The position numbers and the translations under genes were made by a program. Positions 1 to 8,651 of a stretch of 64,000 nucleotides of DNA are shown one piece after another. Under the pieces are notes generated by a model that saw only the letters and a list, made by a program, of their open reading frames with translations, was not told the DNA's origin and did no database searches. Each line of letters starts with the position of its first letter. Within the stretch, counting starts at the first letter, position 1. The stretch is from Candidatus Saccharimonadales bacterium (GTDB lineage: Bacteria; Patescibacteriota; Saccharimonadia; Saccharimonadales; UBA7683): contig JAXMAA010000002.1 in NCBI GenBank assembly GCA_046350615.1, forward strand, positions 149,204 through 213,203, written 5' to 3'.

Positions 1-555
1 CCTGCAGAGAAGGAGATTTTGGAAAAAGATACTATACAAGAAGCACCGGTCACCCAGCCATCCCCCGAAAAGATTGTGAAAGTTGCAGAACAACCGATTG
101 TACTGGATGATGATAGCACCAAAGTATCTACTGATGAGGAGGATGATGCCGAGAAGATCACGCTTACTAGTGAGTCCGAAGTGCTACAAGAAATAAAGGA
201 TGATGCCGATACTCCAGCAAGCAATGCTGTCGAGCAACCCGATGCGTCTTCAGATAAAGTCGAAGATACGACAAAAGCGAATGAATCAGATGCTTCGGGA
301 CAGGTTTATGCCAATAATTTAGTGCAATCAAGCAATCCCACCGGATATAAGCCACGCAAAACTCAACCAGCTTTGGCGGTATTTGATGCAGAGGATTACC
401 ACGGCGAGCTTCACGATTGGTCGCACTTGGGGGATCGTCGTGGTCGCCAGTGGTTGTTCCTGGGCGTGCTACTCACTATTTTGCTATTACTCCTAGTTAC
501 AACTATATTTCGACCAAGCTTTTTACCTGCCTGGCTGCATATCCCTATATTTTAA
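1..555 (+). CDS. hypothetical acidic protein with C-terminal TM anchor; probably 5'-partial
   Basis: Track ORF 19..555, but the frame stays open to nt 1. D/E/S-rich body followed by hydrophobic helix WLFLGVLLTILLLLLVTTIF. No family recognised. Confidence 0.4.
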   Translation, partial: PAEKEILEKDTIQEAPVTQPSPEKIVKVAEQPIVLDDDSTKVSTDEEDDAEKITLTSESEVLQEIKDDADTPASNAVEQPDASSDKVEDTTKANESDASGQVYANNLVQSSNPTGYKPRKTQPALAVFDAEDYHGELHDWSHLGDRRGRQWLFLGVLLTILLLLLVTTIFRPSFLPAWLHIPIF

Positions 556-607
556 ATGACAGCCTGAAACTTTAAGCCAACACGAATCTCAAAACTTACG
601 ATCTGTT

Positions 608-686
608 CTGTCATCTTGAGCGCGTCGAAAGATCTGGCTGATCTGCTATGTACTTATTAGATCCTTCGACAAGCTCAGGATGGCAG
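608..686. repeat. palindromic repeat element, intergenic copy (family GTCATCYTGAGC...GCTCAGGATGRC)
   Basis: Arms ctgtcatcttgagcgcgtcgaaagatct (608-635) and agatccttcgacaagctcaggatggcag (659-686) are imperfect reverse complements around a 23-nt loop. Related copies at 5831-5911 and 25146-25214. Confidence 0.8.
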
Positions 687-1154
687 GGGTGGAGTTTCGA
701 AATTCAGTTTTAGACCAACATGGACGGTTGGGCTGATATCTTCTGGTAATGCACTCAGCGGAAACCACCTAACCTCTAAAATTTCGAGGGGACGATTAAT
801 TGCAGGTTCCTTCATCTTCTTTACAGTAGTAGCAAAGAATGAAATGTGGGCAACGGGCCACTTGATGTTTGCGGGCAGCCGTTTCTCGCCAAGAAATTGA
901 AGAGGTTGATGAATTGATACGCCTGTTTCTTCAAGAGTTTCGCGCTTACACGCAGCTTCTGCAGATTCACCCTTTTTGACTCCGCCACCCGGCAGACTCC
1001 ACTTCTGTGTGCCAATGGCGCTCTTGGTAAGAAGAATATGTTGGTTTGATATGGCAATCACTCGAACTCGCCGTGAATTATGAATGAACAATCCTTTGAT
1101 TGGGAGACCAAAGGCATTCAGTAGTTTTGCGCAGCGTGCATAGAATAGCTTCAT
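675..1154 (-). CDS. NUDIX hydrolase
   Basis: Nudix box GGGVKKGESAEAACKRETLEETGV. The stop codon and last 5 codons lie inside the palindromic element. Confidence 0.85.
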   Translation of the reverse strand: MKLFYARCAKLLNAFGLPIKGLFIHNSRRVRVIAISNQHILLTKSAIGTQKWSLPGGGVKKGESAEAACKRETLEETGVSIHQPLQFLGEKRLPANIKWPVAHISFFATTVKKMKEPAINRPLEILEVRWFPLSALPEDISPTVHVGLKLNFETPPLPS

Positions 1155-3332
1155 GAAAGCAGTTCCAGCGGGGCAAAACTGGCATTGAGCTTTTTGACAC
1201 CTTTTCCGTTGAAGGCAATTGTAAGCATCTCTCCATCTGTTTCTACAACAGTGCCGAGGCCAAATAACTGGTGTTTTACTCGAGCCCCTACATCAACGCT
1301 CAGCGAGGCCTCCGGAATGTAATCTGGAGTTTCTGAAATTCCAGTCGGCTTAAAGACACTCTCGGTTGAACTTTGAGGCGCACTCTCGGTCTCGCTATCA
1401 ATATCACTTAAGAATCGAGTAGGGTTGTGTTGGCTTAAACCATAGAGCATTCGGCTGTTGGCATGATACAAAAATAATCCCCTCACGCGCACGAGTCATG
1501 CTCACATAGCAAAGCCGGCGCCTTTCTTCCATTTCAGCTGCGTCAAACAGCGCGTGAATGGGGGAATACAGATTCTTCCATGCCGGCCATGAAAACTACT
1601 GGGAACTCCAAGCCTTTAGCAGCATGCAGCGTCATGAGTGTAACAGCATCGCTCGCATCGTCGATTGGAATAAGCCCAGAAAGCAGGGCAATCTCCTTTC
1701 AAAAATTGGTCGAGCCCAACGCCGTCGGCTCTTTGGCAACTGTAATTAACTCTTTTACGTTTTCAATGCGTTCGCTAGCTTGGAGCGATCCATCATCAAG
1801 TATTCCGATAATTAGTTCGGCGGATCACCGCCTCTACGAATTGACTCACACTCAGCGGTAGTCGGTCATCGGCACTTTCTGTATCCACAGAAGGCGCTTG
1901 TTTGCGCAGATCATTCAGTAGATTCCCAAGTGCGATAAGTCCGGCAAATGCCTTACCTGTTACCACTGTGCAAAGTTGTGCCTGATTGAGCGCTTTGATC
2001 GAGTGATAGCTGATTTGCGCTCGCCCATGCAAAAAACTTTCTAAACTTTTGCGCCAATGCCGCGGGCTGGTACGTTCACAATACGAAAAACTAGTGTGAT
2101 CCTCAGGCTGATAAATCAAGCGAATATAAGCTAGAATATCTTTAATTTCTTTACGGTCATAAAAACGGTGTTAATGGTATCAATGCGGTATGGAACGCCA
2201 TAACGCAAAAATTTCCAAGCCACGGGTCTGGGCATTGGTTCGGTAAAGTACTGCAAAATCACGATATGGCCTCAGTCGCATATCAACCTGCGTTTTAATT
2301 TTTGTGATAATGCTTTCACCTTCATGGGCTTCGGATTGTACTCTTGAATAATCTGCACAGGTGAGCCGGCTCCGCTTTGGTCCAGAGTTCTTTATCAGAG
2401 CGTTGTTCGGCTTAGTGATTACCATATGGGCGGCATCTAGAATATTTTTGGTGCTGCGGTAATTTTCTTCAAGTTTTATTACAGTTGCCTTTGATAATGC
2501 GTTCAAAATTTAAAATGTTACGGAAATCAGCACCGCGCCAGCTGTAAATACTTTGCCAGTCATCGCCAACAACACACAAGTTCTCTTGTTGATTAGTAAG
2601 CAGTTTAATGAGTTTATACTGCGCGTTGTTGGTATCCTGATACTCGTCAATCATGATATGCGTGAACTGTGTAGACCATTTTTCTCTCAGCTCGGTGTGG
2701 TTGGCCAGCAGAGATACCGTTTTGCCAATCAGATCATCAAAATCCAGCGCGCCGGCTTCGCGAAGCGTCCTTTCATATAGCGGGAACACCTGCGCGGCAA
2801 CTTTTTGAGCGGGTAGCGTTGCTGTAGAGGTGTATTCTTCAGGCGAAATAAGTTCATTTTTAGCCCCGGAGATCATGCCCGAGAGCGTACTTGGCTTGTG
2901 CTGTTTTTCATCAATAAAGAGCTGTTTACAGGCCTGTTTGACCGCGCTTTGCCGGTCAGATTCGTCAAAAATGACAAAGTTACGCAGTATACCAATGCTC
3001 TCGCCGTCCTGACGTAAGATTCTCACACAAATAGAGTGAAACGTTCCCATGTAGGGCATAAAACTGCGATTTTCATGATTTTCACCCAAAAGCTGGGCCA
3101 CTCGTTCGCGCATTTCCTTGGCTGCCTTATTTGTAAACGTAACAGCTAAAATGTTATACGGGCTGGCTCCTTGTTGAATAAGGTAGGCGATTCTATGAGT
3201 AAGGGTCTTGGTTTTGCCACTACCAGCGCCAGCTAAAATCAAGACTGGTCCATCAAGTTGTTTGACCGCCTGTGTTTGTTTTTCGTTTAAACCCGCCAGT
3301 AAATCCATGCTGCAACCAGTATACAGCATCAA
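1151..3332 (-). pseudogene. pcrA: ATP-dependent DNA helicase PcrA/UvrD, reading frame broken many times
   Basis: The N-terminal 287 aa are intact (GAGSGKT Walker A, TFTNKAAKEM, DEYQDTN). The remainder is split over track ORFs 2180-2506, 1796-2119 and 1151-1492. Conserved motifs are readable only in alternate frames: EQRSDKELWTKAE about 2367-2411, RIVNVPARGIGAK about 2047-2085, MEERRRLCYVSMTRARE about 1495-1545. Confidence 0.85.
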
Positions 3333-3379
3333 ACCCTCCCAAAACGATTAACCAAAAACTCTCCCCATAATTAGAAAAA

Positions 3380-3414
3380 ATACTAAAAAGTGTCCAATTG
3401 GACGTTTTTTAGTA
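3380..3414. repeat. repeated palindromic motif, core GTCCAATTGGAC; candidate operator
   Basis: The 24-mer atactaaaaagtgtccaattggac (3380-3403) is identical to 13948-13971. Here it extends into a 34-nt near-perfect palindrome tactaaaaagtgtccaattggacgttttttagta. Confidence 0.6.
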
Positions 3415-3449
3415 CAAAATACGATATCTTCGAAGGCTGTGCATAAGTA

Positions 3450-3477
3450 TTGAGGTCGGCGAAGGGTGTGCTATACT
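3450..3477 (+). promoter_or_regulatory. sigma70-like promoter for the DUF348-G5 hydrolase gene
   Basis: TTGAGG (3450-3455), 16-nt spacer, TGc-TATACT (3472-3477). Confidence 0.45.
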
Positions 3478-3525
3478 AAATCTACACGCTGGAGGGTTTA
3501 CTGAGGTGCTCTCTTCACGAAATCT

Positions 3526-4671
3526 ATGAAGAAACGAATTATTTTTGCAGGATTAATAGTTGCGGCACTGGGGCTTGGCACGGCCTTTTGTTCGCAGCCA
3601 GCCGCACATGCCGGAAATACTCGAATAGTCACCATTCATATAGACGGTGAAATGCGTACAGTTGCTTCCGACGGCAAGACTGTTAAAGATGTGCTCGCAC
3701 AGACCAATGCAGTACTTGGTAATCACGATAAAACCGAACCGTCGTTGCATGATGAGGTCCGCGGCAATGACTTTACTATCAATGTTTACCGTGCACGCCC
3801 AATCACTGTGGTCGATGGCGCAAATAATTATACTGTTATGACAGCTGAACGTTCGCCGCGCGGAATCGCCGAAGATGCCGGTTTTGAGACAAAACAAGAA
3901 GACGAGTTTAACTTTAAACGTTCCGATGATCCATTTGCTGGTGCTCCTGGCACGCAGATGGTTATTAAAAGAGCCAAAACCATCACTTTTGATTTATATG
4001 GCACATCCCAGCCACTCAGTACGAACGAGACAACGGTTGGTGATCTTCTAAAAGAGCGCGGAGTCACGATTGAAAATGGCGACGAAATTAACTTGCCAAA
4101 AGCCGCACGCATAGTTGATGGCATGACCATCAGTATTGCTACCGTTCGTAGGGCAGTTGAGACCGTAGAAGAAGACGTACCGTTCTCTGAGGAGCAAATT
4201 AAAGATGCACAGCAGCCAACATCGTACCGAAAAGTTCAAACCCCAGGTACTAATGGTAAAAAACTTGTTACCTATGAAACCGTAATCCGGAACAATGGTG
4301 AACCGGTAAGAACAGCAGTGAAAGAGGTGGTAACAGAAGAACCGATTAAGCAAGTAGTTGTTGTGGGTGCTCGGACGAACGTTCCCTACACTGGCGGTGG
4401 TTCAAAAACAGAGTGGTTAACAGCCGCTGGTATTTCTGAGGCAGATTGGGGGTATGCTGATTACATTATAGGTAAAGAAAGCGGATGGAATCCTAACGCT
4501 GTCAACAAATCATCTGGTGCTTGCGGCTTGGCTCAGGCGTATCCGTGCAGCAAGGTGCCTGGCAACCCGCTTAATCCGGTTGATTCGTTGCGTTGGGTAA
4601 ATGGATACGTAAAACGATACGGCGGCTGGGCTGGCACTTATGAACACTGGCTCAAGTACCACAGTTATTAG
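3526..4671 (+). CDS. secreted cell-wall hydrolase, DUF348-G5 architecture (RpfB/YabE-like) with C-terminal lysozyme-like domain
   Basis: Signal peptide; two DUF348-like repeats (TVKDVLAQTN.., TVGDLLKERGV..); G5-like VQTPGTNGKKLVTYETV. C-terminus IIGKESGWNPNAVNKSSGACGLAQA...YVKRYGGW resembles Apf/transglycosylase-like domains. Confidence 0.7.
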   Translation: MKKRIIFAGLIVAALGLGTAFCSQPAAHAGNTRIVTIHIDGEMRTVASDGKTVKDVLAQTNAVLGNHDKTEPSLHDEVRGNDFTINVYRARPITVVDGANNYTVMTAERSPRGIAEDAGFETKQEDEFNFKRSDDPFAGAPGTQMVIKRAKTITFDLYGTSQPLSTNETTVGDLLKERGVTIENGDEINLPKAARIVDGMTISIATVRRAVETVEEDVPFSEEQIKDAQQPTSYRKVQTPGTNGKKLVTYETVIRNNGEPVRTAVKEVVTEEPIKQVVVVGARTNVPYTGGGSKTEWLTAAGISEADWGYADYIIGKESGWNPNAVNKSSGACGLAQAYPCSKVPGNPLNPVDSLRWVNGYVKRYGGWAGTYEHWLKYHSY

Positions 4672-4688
4672 CAAATTATATAAAATCA

Positions 4689-4697
4689 TGGTATAGT
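4689..4697 (+). promoter_or_regulatory. extended -10 box, leaderless start of the Nudix operon
   Basis: TGgTATAGT lies 6 nt before the ATG at 4704, with no Shine-Dalgarno sequence. Confidence 0.5.
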
Positions 4698-4703
4698 AAA
4701 GTT

Positions 4704-5207
4704 ATGCAGTTATCTGACAACTCTGAATATCGGGCCAGTAAGGATTGGCCGTACGCTATTTCTGCAGGCTGTGTCGTGTATCGATTCAAAGATGACAAGC
4801 TGCAAGTACTTCTTTTGAAGCGCGCCGCAGGTGATTTTCCAGAATTGTCTGATAACGATAGAGATACTTTTCATTTGCCAAAAGGTGGCGTAGAACGTCG
4901 TGAAACGCTTGAACAAACCGCACTACGAGAGACAGCTGAGGAGGCTGGGGTTGAGGTAGTGGTACGGTGTTATCTTGGATCTTCAATCAATGAATGGGTG
5001 AGTCATCAAGGATTTCAGCAGCATAAGACAGTCCATTATTTTGCAGGTGAGTGGCAAAAAGACCTGCCAAGCATGGACCAAGAACACTCTGCCAAGCTCT
5101 GGCTGCCCTACGGTGAGGCGCTACATGTATTACAGAAACAGCAGAATCCCAAGCGTGAGGAGCGGTTTTTGCAAAACTTACAAAAATACCTGGAAAGATA
5201 TGCTTGA
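4704..5207 (+). CDS. NUDIX hydrolase
   Basis: Nudix box LPKGGVERRETLEQTALRETAEEAGV. Confidence 0.85.
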   Translation: MQLSDNSEYRASKDWPYAISAGCVVYRFKDDKLQVLLLKRAAGDFPELSDNDRDTFHLPKGGVERRETLEQTALRETAEEAGVEVVVRCYLGSSINEWVSHQGFQQHKTVHYFAGEWQKDLPSMDQEHSAKLWLPYGEALHVLQKQQNPKREERFLQNLQKYLERYA

Positions 5208-5625
5208 ATTTGGGGACTTTCCCATATACTGGCTGCCGGAGAGCGAAGAAGACAGCCCGGTTCTAGAGTTATTTAGTGATCCTGAAGGCCTAGAATATAT
5301 CTATGCGAGGCCCAACTCTTATGTCAATTCTCATTATGCTATGGCGCGTATTGAACGCGCAGACAGTGTCTTGGTACTAAGCGATCTGCAGGGTGCTGGG
5401 TGGAGTGATGACGAGACGCTCGATAGTTTTTTGAATGGTGCCATAGTTTATCGTAGGGCCGAAGATACATTAAAGAATCTATCATTCATAGAAGTTCATA
5501 CACATGAATGGGCTGTTCGAATGGGGCTGTTTGAGAGAGGGTTCACCCAGAGTTCCCAGAACGTGATGCGGCTTGATTTGAATCATCTACGATCTAGGCT
5601 AGGGGCGTGCGATGCCAGCTCCTAA
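5200..5625 (+). CDS. hypothetical protein
   Basis: The in-frame ATG at 5200 overlaps the upstream stop (ATGCTTGA). The stop overlaps the rsmA start. Track ORF 5041..5625 is trimmed accordingly. No family recognised. Confidence 0.5.
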   Translation: MLEFGDFPIYWLPESEEDSPVLELFSDPEGLEYIYARPNSYVNSHYAMARIERADSVLVLSDLQGAGWSDDETLDSFLNGAIVYRRAEDTLKNLSFIEVHTHEWAVRMGLFERGFTQSSQNVMRLDLNHLRSRLGACDASS

Positions 5626-6463
5626 AAAATCGCTTGGGCAGCACTGGCTGTTTGACGAGGCAAGTCTAGATGCCATGCTTGTGGCTGGCGAGGTTACTAC
5701 CGAAAACACAGTCTTAGAGGTTGGCCCGGGTCTAGGCACCCTCACGGCCAAACTCTGTCAAAACGCCAAAGAGGTCATTGCAGTAGAACTCGACGATACA
5801 TTGGCTACTGAGCTAAAGGGTAATACACTTCGTCATCTTGAGCGAAGCAAAGCGCAGCCGAAAGATCTAGTCTCAAACACAGATCAGATCCTTCGGCAGG
5901 CTCAGGATGACATCACCAATCTCACAGTAGTAAACCAGAGTATTCTTGAATTCGATCTTTCAACATTACCCAAAAACTATAAAGTCATCGCTAACATCCC
6001 GTACTACCTAACTTCAAACCTGATTCGCCGCCTGCTAGAAAGCGCTAACCCCCCAAGGGTTATGGCGCTTTTAGTACAAAAAGAAGTGGCCGAGCGTATT
6101 GCTGCTAAGCCTGGGCAAATGAGCATTCTAACTGTTGCCACCCAGTTTTGTGCCGAAGTTGAGCTAAAAGAACTTGTCCCGGCTGAACTATTTACACCGC
6201 CGCCAAAAGTTGATAGCCAAATCATCCAAATAAAACGGCGTGAAACACAGCTTTTCCCGGATGTCGATACCAAAAAGTTCTTTCATCTGGTGCGAGCCGG
6301 CTTTTCTGAAAAACGCAAAAAACTCCGTTCATCCCTAAGTGGTGGCCTGAACATTTCAAAGGTTGAAGCCGACCAGCTTTTACAAAAAGCCAGCATCTCC
6401 CTAAATACTCGTGCGCAAGAACTGAGTCTCAGAGATTGGCACAACCTCTATAAGAACATATAG
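5612..6463 (+). CDS. rsmA: 16S rRNA (adenine1518/1519-N6)-dimethyltransferase RsmA/KsgA carrying a 27-codon repeat-derived insertion
   Basis: KKSLGQHWL, VLEVGPGLGTLT SAM motif, IANIPYYLTS. Confidence 0.9.
   Translation: MPAPKKSLGQHWLFDEASLDAMLVAGEVTTENTVLEVGPGLGTLTAKLCQNAKEVIAVELDDTLATELKGNTLRHLERSKAQPKDLVSNTDQILRQAQDDITNLTVVNQSILEFDLSTLPKNYKVIANIPYYLTSNLIRRLLESANPPRVMALLVQKEVAERIAAKPGQMSILTVATQFCAEVELKELVPAELFTPPPKVDSQIIQIKRRETQLFPDVDTKKFFHLVRAGFSEKRKKLRSSLSGGLNISKVEADQLLQKASISLNTRAQELSLRDWHNLYKNI
5831..5911 (+). repeat. palindromic repeat element inserted in frame in rsmA
   Basis: gtcatcttgagcg..ccgaaagatct (5832-5868) pairs with agatccttcggcaggctcaggatgac (5886-5911). 81 nt = 27 codons, RHLERSKAQPKDLVSNTDQILRQAQDD. 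Confidence 0.8.
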
Positions 6464-6609
6464 GTCGGTAGAGCTAGTACGGAAATTGACACCAAATTGA
6501 AGAAGAACAGAAGCGATGGAAAGACTTATTGTATGTCGAGTTGAAGCGGCTTAAGAGTGGATATATACCCGAAGGATGATGCACTTTAATATATTTAATC
6601 TAGCTGATG

Positions 6610-7956
6610 CTAAACTAGCTCACCAACGAGGTTAGTCTCCATTGCATCATAAAGTCGACGCAGATCGTTACTTGCAAAGACAACACCGAGACCGTCGATC
6701 GCTACTTCTGAGGGCTCAACTTTTTCTGCATGTATTAGGAAGTTAATCTTAGCTGCTAATGCATCCGGAGAAGTATTAATTGTCGGCAGACGTCGCTTGA
6801 TAAAGGGCAGAACTTCAGTAATTCGTGCACCTGCAGCATAAGTACCTGCAGCAACGGTTGAGTCGGCAAATGGTGCCTCTAGAATCACGGCTTTCCCGTG
6901 ATTTCCTGCAGCTAAAGCTACTTCGACTAAACGATCATCCGCAGTAGCTGAACCTAGTTGTGTGAGTACTGTTGCGGTTCTACCGACCATAAACTCTGCC
7001 AACCCTCTTGGAGATAGATCAGTAAGTCTAGCCGGTATAATATCTGCGGCATGTGTTACGACAGTGAATGGGCGATAAGGTATTTTATCATCTACACTAC
7101 GGGCGTGTTCAGCAAACTCTAGACTTCCTGTATTTTTACCTGTACCGAAATCTAGCAGAGCTGGTGCTAATCGATCAAGTGTGCCGTTCGCAGCCGCCTT
7201 ACCCCATTCCGTTGCATCAAAGTCCTGGTTAGGTTGGTTCCATGGTCCAAAGGCATTAGTAGTTTTATCACCCATTTTTGTTGCCCAGGTGCCCCTGCTA
7301 ATGCGAAGCCCACAAGAAACCATCACTTCTGCGATCCTTTTATTTGGGTTAGCAGCCAATTTAGCAGTTGTTATAGATCGTTCCATTTGATCTTTTGCAT
7401 CTGTTCCAGTCTGTCTTGCAGGATATTGTGAGCCCGTAAAAATTACACTTTTTGGAAAACCTTGTAACATGAAGGAGAGGTAAGATGCACCTCTAGTCAT
7501 AGTATCCGTACCGTGTGTGACTATTATTCCATCATACAAATCACCTGCTTCTTCCTCGATAGATACTATACTTTCAGCTAAAAATCTCCAGTGATCAACA
7601 GTCATTTGAGATGAATCAAGATTCATCAAGTCTATTAACTCAAGGTTGACACTCTCATCTTTAGGAAGATTAAGTGCCTTGAAACTTTCTTCCAACGACC
7701 CCTCCGGTGCATATCCATGGTCTGTCTCAGCAGACTGAAAAGTACCACCAGTACCAAGTATGATCAGATTGAGTTTTCCAGATTCTTTTGCAGCACGTAA
7801 GCGTTCACGAAGCCCACTCAATCGTTTTAAAAATTGAGGTTGCGAGTCAATCATTAAATCTTCATATCCAGGGACGGGAGTATTATCGCTACGCTCTATC
7901 GCTTCAGCGAAACTAACTAAACTAAAGTCTGGTGTTTGCTCTGATTGTAAACTCAT
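6610..7956 (-). CDS. asparaginase-family protein (type I asparaginase/GatD-like), divergent
   Basis: ILGTGGTFQS and IVTHGTDTM catalytic-threonine motifs. 448 aa with an N-terminal extension. Confidence 0.6.
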   Translation of the reverse strand: MSLQSEQTPDFSLVSFAEAIERSDNTPVPGYEDLMIDSQPQFLKRLSGLRERLRAAKESGKLNLIILGTGGTFQSAETDHGYAPEGSLEESFKALNLPKDESVNLELIDLMNLDSSQMTVDHWRFLAESIVSIEEEAGDLYDGIIVTHGTDTMTRGASYLSFMLQGFPKSVIFTGSQYPARQTGTDAKDQMERSITTAKLAANPNKRIAEVMVSCGLRISRGTWATKMGDKTTNAFGPWNQPNQDFDATEWGKAAANGTLDRLAPALLDFGTGKNTGSLEFAEHARSVDDKIPYRPFTVVTHAADIIPARLTDLSPRGLAEFMVGRTATVLTQLGSATADDRLVEVALAAGNHGKAVILEAPFADSTVAAGTYAAGARITEVLPFIKRRLPTINTSPDALAAKINFLIHAEKVEPSEVAIDGLGVVFASNDLRRLYDAMETNLVGELV

Positions 7957-8050
7957 AATGTAAAGATTTTATCATAATTATAATTTATTGTCAATATATT
8001 ATTCCAAAAATGTACTGATGACGTAACATTACACGTTTTGCGAACATAAA

Positions 8051-8079
8051 TTGAAAAAACTTGACGCTTATGGTATAAT
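8051..8079 (+). promoter_or_regulatory. promoter of ssrA
   Basis: TTGAAA (8051-8056), 17-nt spacer, TGg-TATAAT (8074-8079), about 35 nt upstream of the tmRNA 5' end. Confidence 0.6.
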
Positions 8080-8112
8080 GAAAATATAGAGTAGCTTGCT
8101 CTATCATAAAGC

Positions 8113-8530
8113 GGGGATGACATAGCTTTAGACGAAGAGACCTTAACAATCTGTACCAGCGTGTTGACTTACGAACATAATTCGTTTTTTAATTGCAAAC
8201 TTTGTTGCATCAGTACGTTCAGCATTCAACGGTGCTGTATCTAGCCTTGCTGCTATGATTCAGTCTCCTGTTGCTGTACGTGCGACAGCTGCCTAATTTT
8301 AGCGTAGCCATCGATCTCTTGACGTCAGATAGAGTCAGATCGGTGTCATATTTATCTGGCTTGGTTGGCTGCGGTTTATCAGCGTAGCTTTCGACATTTC
8401 ACTGATTACGGTTTATTGGTTTTTTGTTTGTTCTTACATCCAATAATTCGTTAAATCTAGAATAAACTACACACGTAGAAGGACAGATGTTACTTTTCGG
8501 ACGCGGGTGCAATACCCGCCATCTCCACCA
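8113..8530 (+). ncRNA. ssrA: tmRNA (transfer-messenger RNA)
   Basis: 5' GGGGATGACATAGCTTTAGACG and 3' GGACGCGGGTGCAATACCCGCCATCTCCACCA (T-arm, acceptor, CCA). Internal tag frame from GCA 8195 to TAA 8294-8296 ends in ..TAA-coded Ala-Ala. Confidence 0.9.
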
Positions 8531-8568
8531 CACTTCGCGCAAGGCTTCGTGTGGCAGGCCATATCATG

Positions 8569-8595
8569 AGCACTTCGAAGAGTGCTTTTTGTTTT
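8569..8595 (+). terminator. intrinsic terminator after ssrA
   Basis: agcact-tcgaag-agtgct hairpin followed by ttttgtttt. Confidence 0.55.
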
Positions 8596-8651
8596 GCTTG
8601 TGCTTGCATAACATAGGGCTGAAGAGTTTAATTATCTCTATAAAAGGAAAT

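Noticed and set aside
8487-8651. N-terminal 55 codons of track ORF 8487..9611.
   Set aside because: This part overlaps the tmRNA T-arm/CCA end (to 8530) and its terminator. The CDS was trimmed to the ATG at 8652.
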